64,000 bases of DNA from Camelus ferus (lineage: Eukaryota): NCBI RefSeq assembly GCF_009834535.1, contig NC_045697.1:92134001-92198000 (forward strand), in the 5' to 3' direction. Shown piece after piece: positions 1-13,490 of the stretch. Positions within the stretch are counted from its first letter, which is position 1; each line of letters starts with the position of its first letter. The position numbers were made by a program, and so were the translations under genes. The notes beneath the pieces are model-generated. The model saw only the letters and a list, made by a program, of their open reading frames with translations, was not told the DNA's origin and made no database searches.

Positions 1-101
1 GTAGCCACCTACTCTGGACTTCTTACTATAAGAAAAAAAATTGTTCAATTACCATGATCAGCTCTTTGTCACTTGAAAGAAAAGCATTCCTAAATGATAC
101 A
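1..101 (+). mobile_element. 3' end of an ERVL/MaLR-class LTR
   Basis: ccacctactctggacttctt...aaagcattcctaaatgataca is a typical MLT1/LTR16-type terminus. Confidence 0.55.
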
Positions 102-396
102 AAACTAAAGCACTCTAGGTATTTTGGCCAGTCTTGGCTTACTATTCATCCTGAGTCTAGATACTGCATATTAATTTAGAAAGGCAAAGATTGGGTTTAT
201 TTTTTTTAAAATAGCCTAATTCAAATTGTTAATAACTGGGCTGGCCTAGGTTTGTTTGTCTGTTTGTTTTGGTCTATCTGACCATTTATTCTGGATACAA
301 ATTGTCTTCTGATATATGCTGATGTTGTATGCAAAGAAGTCTCTCCCCTCCTTCCTCTCAGTTGCTTTGTGGAATACGGGAACCAAAGGCTATGCT

Positions 397-765
397 GAGA
401 AACAGAAAATAGATTGGTAATTTCCAGGGGTTGGGGTTGGAGGTGGATGGTGGCAAAAGGATGAAGGTGGTCAATAGGTACAAAATTCCAGTTATAAGAT
501 AAGTAAGTTCTGGGGAGGTAATCTATAGCAAGGTGATTATAACTAACAATACTGTATTTTATATTTGAAGGTTGCTAAGAGAATAGATTTTGAAAGTTCT
601 CACCACACCCACACACACAAATTGTAACTATGTGAGGTGATAGATCTTCTAACTAATCTTATTATGGTAATCATTTTGAAATATATATATATATATAAAA
701 TTACTATATTGTATACCTTAATATATGTAATGTATGTCAATTAGAGCTCAAAAAAGCTGGAGGAA
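397..765 (+). mobile_element. L1 3' UTR fragment (L1MA9-like)
   Basis: ggtacaaaattccagttataagataagtaagttctgggga, gttgctaagagaatagat and gtaactatgtgaggtgat motifs. Confidence 0.85.
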
Positions 766-1129
766 TACTCAAAATACGCTCAGGTAGACATTTGTATAAT
801 TTCTATTGTTAGGACATAATATAGAATTGAGATTTAACCCTGGGGAAAAAATAAACTACTGAATAATTTTTAGTAGCGAGTGATCCTTCTGACAGCAGCA
901 GGGAGACTAAATTCTAGTTTGGTCAGAGAGAAAGCAGGCAGGGAGGCAAGCTGGTGATAATTATGGGGGTTTTAGACATGAGAGTGGTGAGAATTAAGGT
1001 ACGCCTTGAAGGAAGAGCCAAAAGTTATCAGTTAGAAAGGAAAGAGAAGAACCAAGAATGGCTCCTTATTATTTTGGGTTTGTTTTTTGTATTTTCATGA
1101 GAAACCATGAGCCTTTTTACTAAGATATT

Positions 1130-1335
1130 AATAATGAATGCTAATGTTTATGAAGCATTATATGTATGTATATATGTATTTTTTGACTCATTTCAATCTC
1201 CTATTAACCCTGTAGGTTAGCATTTTTATTACTCCTAGTTCCTAGATAAAAAAAACTTAGAAACAGAGAAGTTAATAGCTAGTCACTAAATCACATGACC
1301 AGTGGTAAGGAGCACAACCAGATTTTGAACGTTTG
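1130..1335 (-). mobile_element. MIR SINE
   Basis: Degenerate reverse MIR core (aaacttagaaacagagaagttaa...gattttgaac). Confidence 0.6.
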
Positions 1336-1724
1336 TAATCTCGTCACCACCACATTTTTAAACAGAAATGTGTGGAAAGGAAGACTGGAAAGAAAAGTTC
1401 AGCCTCATGGTAAAGCTGATATGGCTGTTAAAACATGAGAGAGGCATAAAGGAATTAATTAGAGAATTTTTAGATATTCCCATTTGGTGTAGGCTATTTG
1501 TAGCAGAATGGTATTATGTGTAACTTCTCTGGCCTCCCCTCACGTACCATTTTGAAGCTTCCAAGTGCCTCCAACACTCAGCAATCAAAATGCGTTTTCT
1601 TTACCCTCATGAAGAAACTATGAGTAAGGAGTGCATTATCTCACAACAGATCAGTCTCAGAAAAGGGGAAATTCCTCAAATTTTGGATCTTTGTGTCACA
1701 ATTTGGTTGTATCAACAATTATAA

Positions 1725-1945
1725 TTTGTATCTTTACATAGCACTTTACTTAGCTTTACAAAGCACATTCTTATACTTTATATCATTTTGATTTAAATTC
1801 TCACATCAACTCTACGATGTCTTTAATGCAGATATTATTATTCTCATTTCAAAGTGAATCTAACTTGTCCTCAAATAGATTAGGACAATTAACCTGAAAA
1901 TCAGTTGCAAAGATGAGATAGTAATTAGAGTTTCTATAGTTTATA
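1725..1945 (-). mobile_element. MIR/MIR3 SINE
   Basis: atagcactttac...tttacaaagcacatt...gatattattattctcattt. Confidence 0.55.
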
Positions 1946-3786
1946 TTGTTGTCTTTTCCAAGGGCTTTAGACACAACATTAGAATTAAGAGTTCTGTTTG
2001 AGTCTTGTATGTCCAGGTGGCAGCATCATGACTCAATGTAGTTTAAATGTGCACTAGAGTATCTTAACACATAATGCCTTAACACATAACAGATAGTTTA
2101 AGGAGATACCTGGCAATACTGATTGAGTTTATGGTTGGTTTTCATGCATATGGAAGAGACAGGGCTAGCCAAATTTGATCCTCAATTAATTCTATGACAC
2201 CCACAAATTCTCAGTAGGAAGGAGTGCCTAAGTGTCTGTGGAGTCTAGGCATGGGTAGCTTGTTTAATTCCAAACCCCATGAAACTCTTAGCCTTAGCGA
2301 AGTGGCCTAGACTATGGAAAAGCATTGACCTTATTTTTCCCTTTTTTAAACTTAAGACAAGGGTTCACACAATACCTTCCCAGCAATGCATCACATCCTT
2401 ACTCATAACATTTCTATTGGCCATGAGTAGCTCAGATTTTAAATATTCAGATTTTAAAATTCACTCACTCTGGTCTAAGACAGTATTCAAAATTTTAAGC
2501 CTATTTCCTCTTTGATAAACTTAAAACACCTAAGCCTTTCTAACAAACAGTGCTCCTCCTGCTCTGACCCTGTGCATTATGACAAGAGCCATCACTACCC
2601 CTGCTACTGAAAATCACTGACCTGTACTATTTGCAGACTTCTTGGGCTAACAACATATTCCTCTTTCCTGATGTCTTATCACGACAATGGTGGGAAGAGG
2701 CAGGGGAGGACAGCCTAAAGGAGAAAAGAGGCAAGTGACGTAATCTTTTCTCTCCAAGGCCTACAGAAGGCATGACAATCTACTGATCCCGCCTGTAATT
2801 GTCCCCACAGTGTGATCTCTGCCGAGTGGCAGGCAGCCCTGCTCTCCTTGTACACCTGTTACACAGAAATAAGTGATTCATGAGAGAATTTAACATTTTT
2901 GAAGTAGGATCCAAAAATAAAAGATGAAAAGAGAAAGCAGGTTATACAGAAAAGAGCACATTTAATGCTGAGAGTTAACGTTTGAAAACTACACACCTTG
3001 GTTCCTTGGCATCAAGCAATGTCCTTGACCCAGATGCTACTTTGTTCTCCTCGGGGTGGGAGAAGACTGGAGCAAGAAAGCTTTGAGATGAATAGTGGGA
3101 AAAATTAAGGCATTGTAAGACAGTGTTCTCTTTACTTTTTAATTTTAAAATGGCAAGCTTTTAAATAGTTAAAGAAAAGTAATTATAAACATGTATTGCT
3201 TTACTGCTTGCATCTTTCCTTGGGGCACATTCTGTTCTTCATTTCCCTTACTTGTTCTCTGGTCTGCAGTTCTGAACAGCAATTCACTGCAGAGATCCCT
3301 GGGTTAAGTAGTGAGGGAAATAATTCCAGCTTAAGCATGTTAAGTTTGGATAAGGGCACAGAATTCTAGAAGAAATTGAAACTTACAATTGTGCTTAATT
3401 GGCTTTAACCCTTCAACATATTGTGTAGAAGTACATTGGGTAATAATATATACTGTTGCACTGTGCAGATGTTAAAATGTAAAATCCTTTAAATGCAAAC
3501 AGCACTTGTCACTCCATCAACTATTCAAATTGTCAGAGATGTATCAACCAACCCTAACTACCCTCTGCAGGCAATCTGGAGCCAACCTGCTGTTTAATAA
3601 CCAGCATTTAACAAGAAATAACATGTAGATGTGGTGTGTGGCTTAAAACATTGTGTTAAGCGTCATTAAAACTCAGTCTCCTAAGAGCCTTATTAAAAGA
3701 ACCCTTTCCTCACCATAATAAAACATTTCTCTGTGACTGTTTTGATCTACATCTAACAATACAAACAAAATGCCTCTTAATTTAGC

Positions 3787-3805
3787 ATCCCACTAGAGGG
3801 CCATT
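3787..3805 (+). promoter_or_regulatory. Candidate CTCF site
   Basis: CCACTAGAGGGC core at 3790-3801 in unique sequence. Confidence 0.45.
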
Positions 3806-5090
3806 GTGATTGTAGAACTGTAAAAGCAGGGAGGAAAAAAAAAACCCAACAACCCTAAACTACCCTTCCCAAATCCCACCTCATCAGTGAAACTAAAGCA
3901 CTAGGAGCCTTTGATTTTAGGATTTCATTTTTACAGGGTTTTTTTCCCCCCTTTTGTTCCATGTATCATTATTATTTGGGGCTGAGCCTTTGTTCAAGAC
4001 TGGAGGAAAAGGTGACTGATGACTCAGAAACAGGTCCTGCTAATGGGGTCAGCATTCTGCAGTCGTTGCATGGGGTGATAAGTTCTCAAGACAATGCATA
4101 CATGAAACCTGTAAGAATTCATATGCTTTTAATGGTACTATTTATTTGAAAAGAAAAATAAAATTTGCTTACCCTACGATTAGTCTGAAGTCCTCCCATC
4201 CTATTATTACAAGAGAAAATACATGCATAATTTTGTCAATTAACAGAGATAATAATTCAGATCTTCTAGGATAGAAACATAGAACAATCAAATTCTGTTT
4301 CTGATCTTCCTCCTTCAAAAATGTATGTGCCAAGATTCTCTGCACAACCTTCCCCACTGCTTCATAGACAGTTACAGAGCTAACAAAATTGACAAACTAC
4401 AATAATATCTTGATAGAGGATGCTAACAAATTAGATTTAGGAAGACTGTTCTAAAATTTCAGTCTGCTGAATAACTTTTCTAACCTGTAATATTTACAGT
4501 GACACAAGTAGAAGTATATTGGATTGTAAATGACCAATTAATTATAATTGTTCTTTCCATTCTTTTGAAATGACTACCAACAAAGGAGAAATTGGTTTAT
4601 CTCATTTTTAGTTAATCTTACCTGCAGGACTGAGACAAGACGCCACACAAACTGCTTTTATTTTCACTCATGCTGTTTATCCAAATGCTGAAGGAAGTAT
4701 TTGGATAAACAAGTATTTGTACTCCAGATTCTCTAAGTTTACCTGAAACATTGACTAGCTTTCCATGGTTTGAAAAAGTTCGTGATATTTTTCCACTAAA
4801 ATATGGCAAGGTTCAAGAATATAGTTTTCAAGATTCAACAAAATATATTAATCACACTTTTTAGTTAATGGAGGATGATTCACCTTTAAAATATATTTGA
4901 ATAGTTCAAAGTTCTTGATATTTCTCACAAATATGAAAGTTGTCTCTAGTTGGGGTATATACTTGTTTTTTGTTTGTTTGTTTGTTTGTTTGCTGTTTTA
5001 GCAATAAACCATAAATATTATTCTGAGTATTAGTTGGTAGGCCAAACAAACCAATGAGATTACTCTTTTGTAAATTCTCTCTAGTAACAT

Positions 5091-5166
5091 TTAGGTTGAA
5101 CCACATGAAATTGCCATCTCATAGATCAAAAATGGATGACAATCAGCAGTTTCATATGATTCAACT
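5091..5166. mobile_element. MADE2-like mariner MITE
   Basis: About 76 bp with terminal inverted repeats ttaggttgaaccacatgaaattgc / gcagtttcatatgattcaac. Confidence 0.8.
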
Positions 5167-5212
5167 GTCTCTTTATGAGATTTAAGTGATTTATAACCCT
5201 TCTGCCCTATTC

Positions 5213-5443
5213 ATGGGAATACAAATTGGTGCAACCACTATGGAAAGCAGTATAGAGGTCCCTCAAAAAAATTAAAAATAGAACTGCCATATGATCCAGC
5301 AATTTCACTCATGGGTATTTACACAAAGAAAATGAAAACACTAATTAGAAAAAAAATTATGCATCTCTGCATTATTTATAGTAGCCAAGATATGGAAGCA
5401 ATCTAAGTGCCCATCAGTAGATGAATGGATAAAGAAAATGCAG

Positions 5444-5476
<33 letters not shown>

Positions 5477-6665
5477 ATATATATATATAATATTTAATAT
5501 ATATATAATGAAATATTACTCAGCTATAAAAAACAATGAAATATTGCCATTTGCAACAATATGGATGAACCTCGAGGGTGTTATGCTAAGTGAAATAAGG
5601 CAGACAAAGAAAGACGAATACTGTATGATTTCACTTATATGTGGAATCTAAAAAACAAAGCAAATGAACAAACGTAATAAAACAGAAATAGAGTCATAGA
5701 TATTGAGAACAAACAGTTGCCAGAGAGGAAGTGGGTGAGCAGAGGAAGAGAGAAATAGGTGAAAAATATTAAAAAGTACAAATTTCCAGTTACAAAATAA
5801 ATGAGGCATGGGTTTGAAATGTATAATGTGGGGAATATGGTCAATAATTATTTAACATCTTTGTATGGTGATAGATTGTTAATTAGACTTATTGAGCTGA
5901 TCATTTCAAAATGTATAGAAATTTTGAATTACTGTGTTGTGGAACAGGAACTAACATAGTGTTGTAAGTCAATTATACTTTAAAAACAAATGAAAAACTC
6001 CTAAAAAAGAGATCAGATTTGTGGTTACCAGAGGTGAAGAGTAGGGGGAGGAGGAATTGGATGAAGGCAGTCAAAAGGTACAAACTTCCAGTTATCAGAT
6101 AAATAAGTATTAAGAATGTAAGGTGCAACATGAAAAATATATATGTTGAATATTATATATGAAAGTTAAGAAAGCAAATCCTGAGTTCATCACAAGGAAA
6201 AAAATATAATTTTCTTTTTTTTAATCTTCTATTTGCAGAGTGTTTTCTTTTTCTTTTTTTTTTTTAATATAAGTATAGTCAATCACAATGTGTCAATTTC
6301 TGGTGCACAGCACAATGTCCCAGTCATGCATATACATACATATATTCATTTTCATATTCTTTTTCATTAAGGGTTATTACAAGATATTGAATATAGTTCC
6401 CTGAGCTATACAGAAGAAAGTTGTTTTTTTAATCTATTTTTATATATAGTGGCTAACGTTTGCAAATCTCAAACTCCTAAATTTATCCCTTTCCACCCCT
6501 ATTTTTTTCTATATCTTTAGTTTTATATCTATATGAGATGATCAGTGTTCATTTAACTTATTATTGTAATTATTTCATGATGCTTGTAAGTGAAATCATT
6601 ATACCTTAATACAGTAATAATATCAATTTTATCTCAATAAAAGTAAAAGATAAAAGTAAAAAAAA
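5213..6665 (+). mobile_element. L1 ORF2 C-terminus plus 3' UTR
   Basis: ORF 5445..5651 YYSAIKNNEILPFATIWMNLEGVMLSEI..YCMISLICGI is the L1 ORF2 end, followed by a 3' UTR and A-rich tail. Confidence 0.92.
6245..6500 (-). mobile_element. Younger L1 3' end nested in the older L1
   Basis: Poly-T then aagtatagtc..caatgtgtcaatttctggtgcacagcac..gatattgaatatagttccctg. The host L1 resumes at about 6510. Confidence 0.85.
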
Positions 6666-7539
6666 GCAAATTCTTGAACAAGTAAATAAAGTGAATTACG
6701 AGTTCATTTTAGTAGCAGTTTCTCTGAACATGAAGATCAAGGTTCAGTCTTTCCTCATAAAGGGATGATTCCAACATACATGCAATGCTGTAATACATTC
6801 TTCCTAAAAACTCAGAGGAGAGTTTTATGAACTCAATGGTGAGCCAAACATTTCTTTAAACCAGTTCAGTCTGAAACTACATGCTGATGGTGAAGAAGGA
6901 GAGAAATGAGAGACCGAATTAGTGACTTGTAAGGGTGACATGTCAGGAGTGTGCCCAATGTCCGCTAGAGGAGAAGGCTGTATTTTCACTCTCTATTTTA
7001 TCTTTGAATAGGGAGTTTTGTGAATTCACTACCTTTTTACCACATTAAAATACACTCAGGGCCCAAGGAAAGCTGCCAGGTGATTCCTGGGAGGCCCTCT
7101 GGAGACAGAGCCATTAGTGAAGTGCACAGTGTAATTAGAGTGCAGGCTGCAAAATCCATTCACACCAATGTGATATGAGATATTACCTGCACCCAACTGT
7201 AGTTTTCTTTTGAAATCTCGCCATATTGTGTTCCTACGTGACATTTTCCTTGTAAACCACTTCCTCTTCTCAGGCAGTAAGTATTTCAGCAATTTAGAGA
7301 AATTATACAATAAGCTATCTCAATAGAAAGTATGCTATCTAAAGTTAGCCCATAAGAAAGGTCTTATGAAATTCATGGAATTAATATAAACTAGATCATT
7401 ATGATTTAACTCTGATAAATAAAATCTCACATAGGGATTATGGTGGCTTTCCAGGAATGGAGAAGTTCACAATACAACTTGCTATGCTATCAGATATTGA
7501 TACGCAATGTAAAAGACATCCTTGCTAAAATGTGGATTT

Positions 7540-8220
7540 CCATTCATTCAAAACCAAGTTTTTGAATGCCTCCTTACCAGCTATATTAGGTATTGTGGAT
7601 CCAAAAATGCAAAGATACAGACATTGCGTTCAAATTATTTATTGCATAGTGGGTGGACTGAAAAACAAATAAAAGCACCAACAAGGAGAAGGGCAAAGGG
7701 CAGTGGGAACACAAGACAAGCACCTTCATTTAACCAGAAAATGCTTTTTACTTGTTGAGACTTGAAGACTAGGAAGACATATTCCAGGCAGAAGTGGCAA
7801 CATGCATAACAAACACACGATTACAGAGCTTTGAAGGAGTGTGGAATGTTTGGTTAAATAATGAGGTCTAGATCATATAGGACAGTACAGGCTGTGCAAA
7901 GAATATAAATTTCACCCTTCATGGGAATGAGACGCAACTGAAGAATTTTGAGCAGATGAGGGATATAGTGAGTTTAATTTATCTGAGAGCAGTGTAGATA
8001 GGTATATTGAACAGATGTGAGACTGAGGGGTGAGGTGGGACTCTGGTAGCCCAGCAGAGAGATGACAAATGTCCACACCAGTGCACCTGAAGTCTAATGA
8101 TGATAAGAAGATGGATAAAAGAGATATTTAGGGAATGAAGTTGGTTGGACTTAATAACTAACAGAATATGAAACGGAGGAAGGTAGGAAAAAAGATTTAG
8201 GATGATGTCTGACTTGAGCC
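7540..8220 (-). mobile_element. L2 LINE fragment
   Basis: cattcattca tail, attccaggcagaag, and gaagaattttgagcag L2 motifs. Confidence 0.7.
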
Positions 8221-8239
8221 TCATATTTGTTTCAATTGT

Positions 8240-8990
8240 CATCTATATCCCAAACACCGTCTGATATGTTTCCCCAGCCTACTCTTCTGAATTCTCCATT
8301 TTGGTTTCTACTTACTTTAAACTCGTTGTGACCAGTTACTCTCTTGCTCCCATCGATGCTCCCTTTCTTTGTAACTTAACCTCAACACGTGGCATCATCA
8401 TTTATTTACCTATTAGCTCAAGCCATAAAACTTGCTTGTCAGGTTTAAATTTCATTCTTCTTCCTTCCGATAAACTACCTAGTCCCATTGATTTTCCTTA
8501 TAAACATTTTCTCAAATGTCTCCACTACTCTTCTTCCCACTGCCATGAATTCCCACCTCCGCTTTCTGCCGCAAGCCTAAGCTACCAAATGTCTTCTCTT
8601 TTCTACCAACATAGCTTTTTAATTGTTTTCCCAACCTCACCTTCCTTCTTTCTTGCCTTTCAATCCACACTGAAGCCAAGTGATCTATAACGAGATACTT
8701 TTGAAGTCCTTAACATTAGCTATTCAGCTTTGGTCTCTGCCAACAGCTTAAACCTGATCTCACACCACTTACTGCCTCCTCTGTACATACAATTTCTGTG
8801 ACTCAGCCCTACTGGCCTTTCTTTCTTGCTTCAGCAAATTCATATATTTTTTTCTCTCTTTCTGAAATGCTCCTTCTCTTCTCCCACCTCTTAACATGAA
8901 TAACTCTTACTCATGTTTCTCAAGTCAGCTGATGTATCACTTCCTCCAGACTAGAGTAAGACCCTAGGAATAAGTTTATATAATGCTCTA
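8240..8990 (+). mobile_element. L2 LINE fragment
   Basis: Pyrimidine-rich L2 motifs (gctcaagccataaaac, actggcctttctttc, tctgaaatgctcctt, tcacttcctcc). Confidence 0.7.
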
Positions 8991-9039
8991 AGTCATTTTT
9001 GTATCATTTAATAAATACTCTTTTAATAAGGAATAATGT

Positions 9040-9530
9040 ACTAGCATGAAATTGGAGTGTAATAGTTCAGAGTTGGGATGGTGATAGGTAATGTGATCAA
9101 GTTGAACAGATGGAAAGAAATTAACATTTAAGAGGTAAAGAATCTGTGGGGTTCATTTGTTAGACGGGTCAGATACAAGGAAATTAAAGGCCTTCACACT
9201 AACAGCAAGCATTGAAGTGGTGGACGATATGGTCAAGTCAGTGGTGAACATGTAGATATTCAACAGAGAGTGGCACAGGCTGATCGTAAAGACATTAAAG
9301 AAGGAAATAAAATTTGAGAAACAGCAATGGGATACTATTAGAATAAAGGTATGGTCACTGACTTTGTAGAATTTATTTAACATGGGAAAGGAAGTTCATA
9401 TTAAGAAGGGAAAGTAAACCAGGGATCCAGACGTATGGACTACTGTGGGGGTGAGAGTAAGGGTGATGGAGAGGAAAAATGAAGGTTATACTTGGTGAAT
9501 GGGTGACAGTAGAAGAAACAGAATTTTTCA
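9040..9530 (-). mobile_element. L2 internal fragment
   Basis: agaggtaaagaatctgtggg..ttgttagacgggtca resembles reverse L2 ORF sequence. Confidence 0.45.
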
Positions 9531-9829
9531 TTTCAAATTTCTAAACAGAATTTAGATTAAAAGTATTCTGATGAAAAAACCTGACACAGCCTCTCTGTGG
9601 TTGGGGAAGTAATATTTATTTCCTGCTGTTGAATCTCAATTGTACCAAGAGGATGAAAGTTAAACAGATCTGTGTCTAAAAAGTAGAGAGTAAGACGGTG
9701 CTAAATATCACTTGGAATAAGAGTCTGAAAACGATAGCCTGTGGGCTGAATCTGGTCCTATGACTGATTTTCGTATGGGCTCCGAGCTGAGAGATTTTGT
9801 TTTTATATGGTTGAAAATATCAGAAAAAT

Positions 9830-10053
9830 AACATTTATATTGACTGCTTTATATTATGCCACGCAGTGTTCTCAGTCTTTGCATTTGTTAGTTCATTCAA
9901 TCTTGATAACAACTCTGTGAAGCAGGTACTATAACTCATTCTTAGATGAGGAAATTGAAACTTTGGAAGGTTAAGTAAGTAGTCAAAGATAAGACAGTCA
10001 ATGAATAGTTCAGCTGGGATTGAAACTCAGGCAGTCTTAACACAGAACCTGTG
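9830..10053 (-). mobile_element. MIR SINE
   Basis: cttagatgaggaaattgaaac..ggttaagtaa..gctgggattgaaactcaggcagtc. Confidence 0.8.
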
Positions 10054-10248
10054 GGGTTTTTTTAAATATATATTTTTACTGAAGTATAACCCATTTACAA
10101 TGTTGTGTCAATTTGTGGTGTACAGCACAATACTTCAGTCACATAGGAACATACATATATTCATTTTCATAATTTTTTCACCATAAGTTACTACAATATG
10201 AATATGGTTCCCTGCGCTATACAGTATAAACTTGTTATTTATCTATTT
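10054..10248 (-). mobile_element. 5'-truncated L1 3' end with TSD
   Basis: tttttactgaagtata..tttacaatgttgtgtcaattt; TSD AGAACCTGTG at 10044 and 10249. Confidence 0.88.
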
Positions 10249-10529
10249 AGAACCTGTGTTTTAACCTGCTTTCCCATATGAAAAGTTAGTCCGTATTATG
10301 AGGGAAGTCTGTAAGTGTGAACAAGAGAAATGCAGGAAACACATTTTGGTGTGGTCCCAGGATGAAGCTTCAGAGAAGCAAGGGAAGACTTTGCAGAACA
10401 ATAAGACCATGTTTCTACCATGATGACTGAGTTAAATTTGAATCCTAATTAATCAGAATGTTTCCCCTACCAAAGAAAGAATTCCATTCTTCTCATTAGT
10501 AGAATTTTAACTATAAAAGTTTTACTCAA

Positions 10530-10532
<3 letters not shown>

Positions 10533-10587
<55 letters not shown>
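10533..10587. repeat. (ATT)n microsatellite
   Basis: Read directly from the sequence. Confidence 0.97.
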
Positions 10588-11499
10588 CAGTTATATTTTG
10601 AATTTTGTCAATTAAAAATTTACAGAAGTTTGTTTTTCTCCCTTTTGTTATCAGTACCTTCATAATATCATTGATTTTGTCTCTTGGCTCACAAAGCCTA
10701 ACATATTTACTTATCTTGCCCTTTACAGAAAAAGTTTAACAGCTTTTGACTTAGAGTAATAATCTACAACTTACTCAACCCCAACTGCAAATTAGGTTAA
10801 ACTTGGAGTATATACGACTATGTCTACCATCAGTGTCTAGTAAGATCAGTTGAATGTCTTTGCATCATATTTGCTTAGATTTCTCTAACCTGTCTGTGAT
10901 CCATTTTTCTGTTATTCCTAGTTTCTCACTAACTAGAAGAACCAAACCAGAATGTCTCCCACTGCAGGCAGTTTGCTTTCTCCATAGAGGATTTTGCCAG
11001 TGGGAAGTACATCTGTTCTTGCTGTTTGAGGTTTCTTTGTTAGTTTGCTCCTCCCCCGCAGCCAATATCAGTTGTCCCCTGTGCATATATTCACTTCATT
11101 TCTGCCAAATTTTACCAGATGTTAGCTGTGTTACTGAGAAGGGAAGATGGACAAAATCCAAAATCCCAGATCAACTACCTCCTGCCAAAGCTCACCTTAA
11201 TTCCTAAGGGGTATATATACAGCAAATTTCCTGTATAAAGCATCTCGTGTTGACAATTGCAGTGTCAATCAGTTTTTTTTTTTTTTCCCAGTGTGTACAT
11301 GCTGTTATATTTGCGCACAAGGAGGCCTAACATAATATCCATATTGTTTCCAAAATGAAAATTATATTATTCTGAGTTTAATTTTTATTTTTTACATATC
11401 TATATATCTAAAAGAAACTAAACTTAATGTTGCTAATGTAAACAGCAAATACCACCAAATCTAGACTGTGAATTCCTAGTCCAGAAAGCCTAGAATGCC

Positions 11500-11740
11500 A
11501 AAGAGAGTAAGTTATATAGTGCCCATCACCTTCAGAGGACCAGTCAAGGGACACAGCCAGCCAGAGGCAAGCTCCCAGGAGAGAACCAGGAGAATAAATT
11601 TCCTGAAATAGCTCTTCTTCCCTAATTCACTCTCCAGATATCTTCATTGACTGACCCCATAGCCAGAGGGCACCAGGTAGAAAGCAGGGTGGGAAAAGGT
11701 GGGGAGTAAATTTGGAGGGACCAAGAGAAGATGTTCCTCA
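11500..11740 (-). mobile_element. ERVL LTR fragment (LTR33-like)
   Basis: agccagagggca..agcagggtgggaaaaggtggggagtaaatttggaggg..agaagat. Confidence 0.6.
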
Positions 11741-13309
11741 TCGTTTTCCTTTCCTTATGAAGTCAGTTAATACCCACCTGTGTATACAGTGCTGTCATTG
11801 CACTAGACCTGGAAATATTATATTAAATGAAGCTCATTTATGGTCTAGTCTAAAGGTCATTTTGATGGGTAGTTTAGTTTTGTGGAATGAAAGAGTTAGA
11901 TCAAGATGTGCTAGGACCAAAGGGTACAAAACATATGTAGATTAAACAAACAGTTAAGAATCACAAATGAAGCATTGTTCTCTTTTATTTTCACAACAGA
12001 TGGTTGAATGAAAAACTCCAATAAACTCAGAATACTGATTTAATAATGGAATATTATCAGCAAAGCTCATTTAGAGTATGTAATTGGATTACATCCTTGA
12101 TTATATGTGCAAATACCTCCTAAGAAAATAATAGTTTAATTTGGTTCAGTAGTCATTTCAAGACTTTGAACCTTATGGTTTCTAAATTTTTGTGTAGCAT
12201 GATAGTCTAGAAAAGCAATATGCATTTATAAGTTGAAAATTATCCAATCTAAGTTGTTTCTAGAAGAGTAAATAATACTGCCACTAGAATGAAGGAAAGT
12301 TCCTATAGAAAACCTATTACACTGTGGTATAACTCAAGAGAAACTAGTGATCATCAATTTTTGGTGTGTATTCAAGTTGAGGTAATAAAATTGATACCCC
12401 AAATACTCCCACTAAAATTGCCATATTAATAACAATAGCAATAATACCCTATAAATATAAAGAAATGGCTCAGAGGGAAAAAATTTTTTGTTGCTGTTAG
12501 AGTAGGTCACAGATTCTTAAAAGATTTAAGCTGAAACTCACTTCAGTTTGCCATTTGTCTCAAAGTGATTCTGTAGACTAGAGACCAGTAATTAATGCAA
12601 TAGACATTTATTTCCTTGTTTTAAAGACTTTATCACCTCCCTAACACTATGTAGTCTCTCTGTAATGAGATCAAACAAGAGACTCATATCTTACTTGTGG
12701 TCAGCTAAGATCCCCATAAAATTTTCCATTAGCTTATTTGAAGCTAAATCTCTCTCTTAAATGTATTTTTTAAATCCTCAAATCAAGAACATTGTATATC
12801 AGGTAACCATGTTACTTTAATTTTTTTTTTGTTTTGTTTTAAGTCAGTTATTCTAGTTTATACTATACTTTATTCACATTCATTCTGCCATCTGGCATAT
12901 TAACTATTCTTCCTCTTTGTGTTTGGATCACAATTTTGATGATGATAGACTCAGGATGGAAACCTGTGGTGTATCAGTGGAGACATCCTTACAAGCTGAC
13001 AGAGATTAATTAAGCAGCATCAGCCCTGAATTTATCTAACTGCATGGTTTTAAACCTTTCTATTTAAAAAAAAATTCATCAATGCATATTCTTAATTATT
13101 TATTAAGCTCTGACTATGTGAAAGAAACATCCAGGAGATGGGAACAAAATTAAAAAGCCATGATCTCTACCTCACAGGCTACCCAGGAACACTCACATTT
13201 ACAGGTTACTGTAGTTAATGTGGTAAGAACTATACAAAGTCTCAGAGAAATGATGGTGCCCAGAAGGTCCAACAGGAAGAGTACATGGATGTTCTAGGCA
13301 CCCAAGGTA

Positions 13310-13490
13310 CATGGCTAACTTTCCTTGTTGCTTACTCTGTTTCAGGAATTATTCTAAATGCTTTAATATGTTAGCTCATTTAATCCTCACAATATTTGAA
13401 GACCCTTTGAGATGGGTTTCAAGGTCACATATTTAGCACTTCGTGAAGTCTAGATTTGAACATTGGTAATCTCTGATTAGAGCCTCTGGT
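13310..13490 (-). mobile_element. MIR SINE, preceded by an L2 tail at about 13085-13250
   Basis: ctcatttaatcctcacaa..caaggtcaca..gatttgaac. Confidence 0.7.

Larger units (their letters stand above)
9718..10748 (+). mobile_element. MER58/Cheshire-type hAT element with nested insertions
   Basis: 5' end gcctgtgggctgaatctggtcc; 3' end ctcacaaagcctaacatatttac..gccctttacagaaaaagttt; diverged 8-bp TSD ACTTGGAA (9710) / ACTTAGAG (10749). Confidence 0.75.

Noticed and set aside
4622..4687. Minus-strand exon (ccttcag / CAG|GTAAGA) encoding IWINSMSENKSSLCGVLSQSC
   Set aside because: No recognisable protein and no partner exons.
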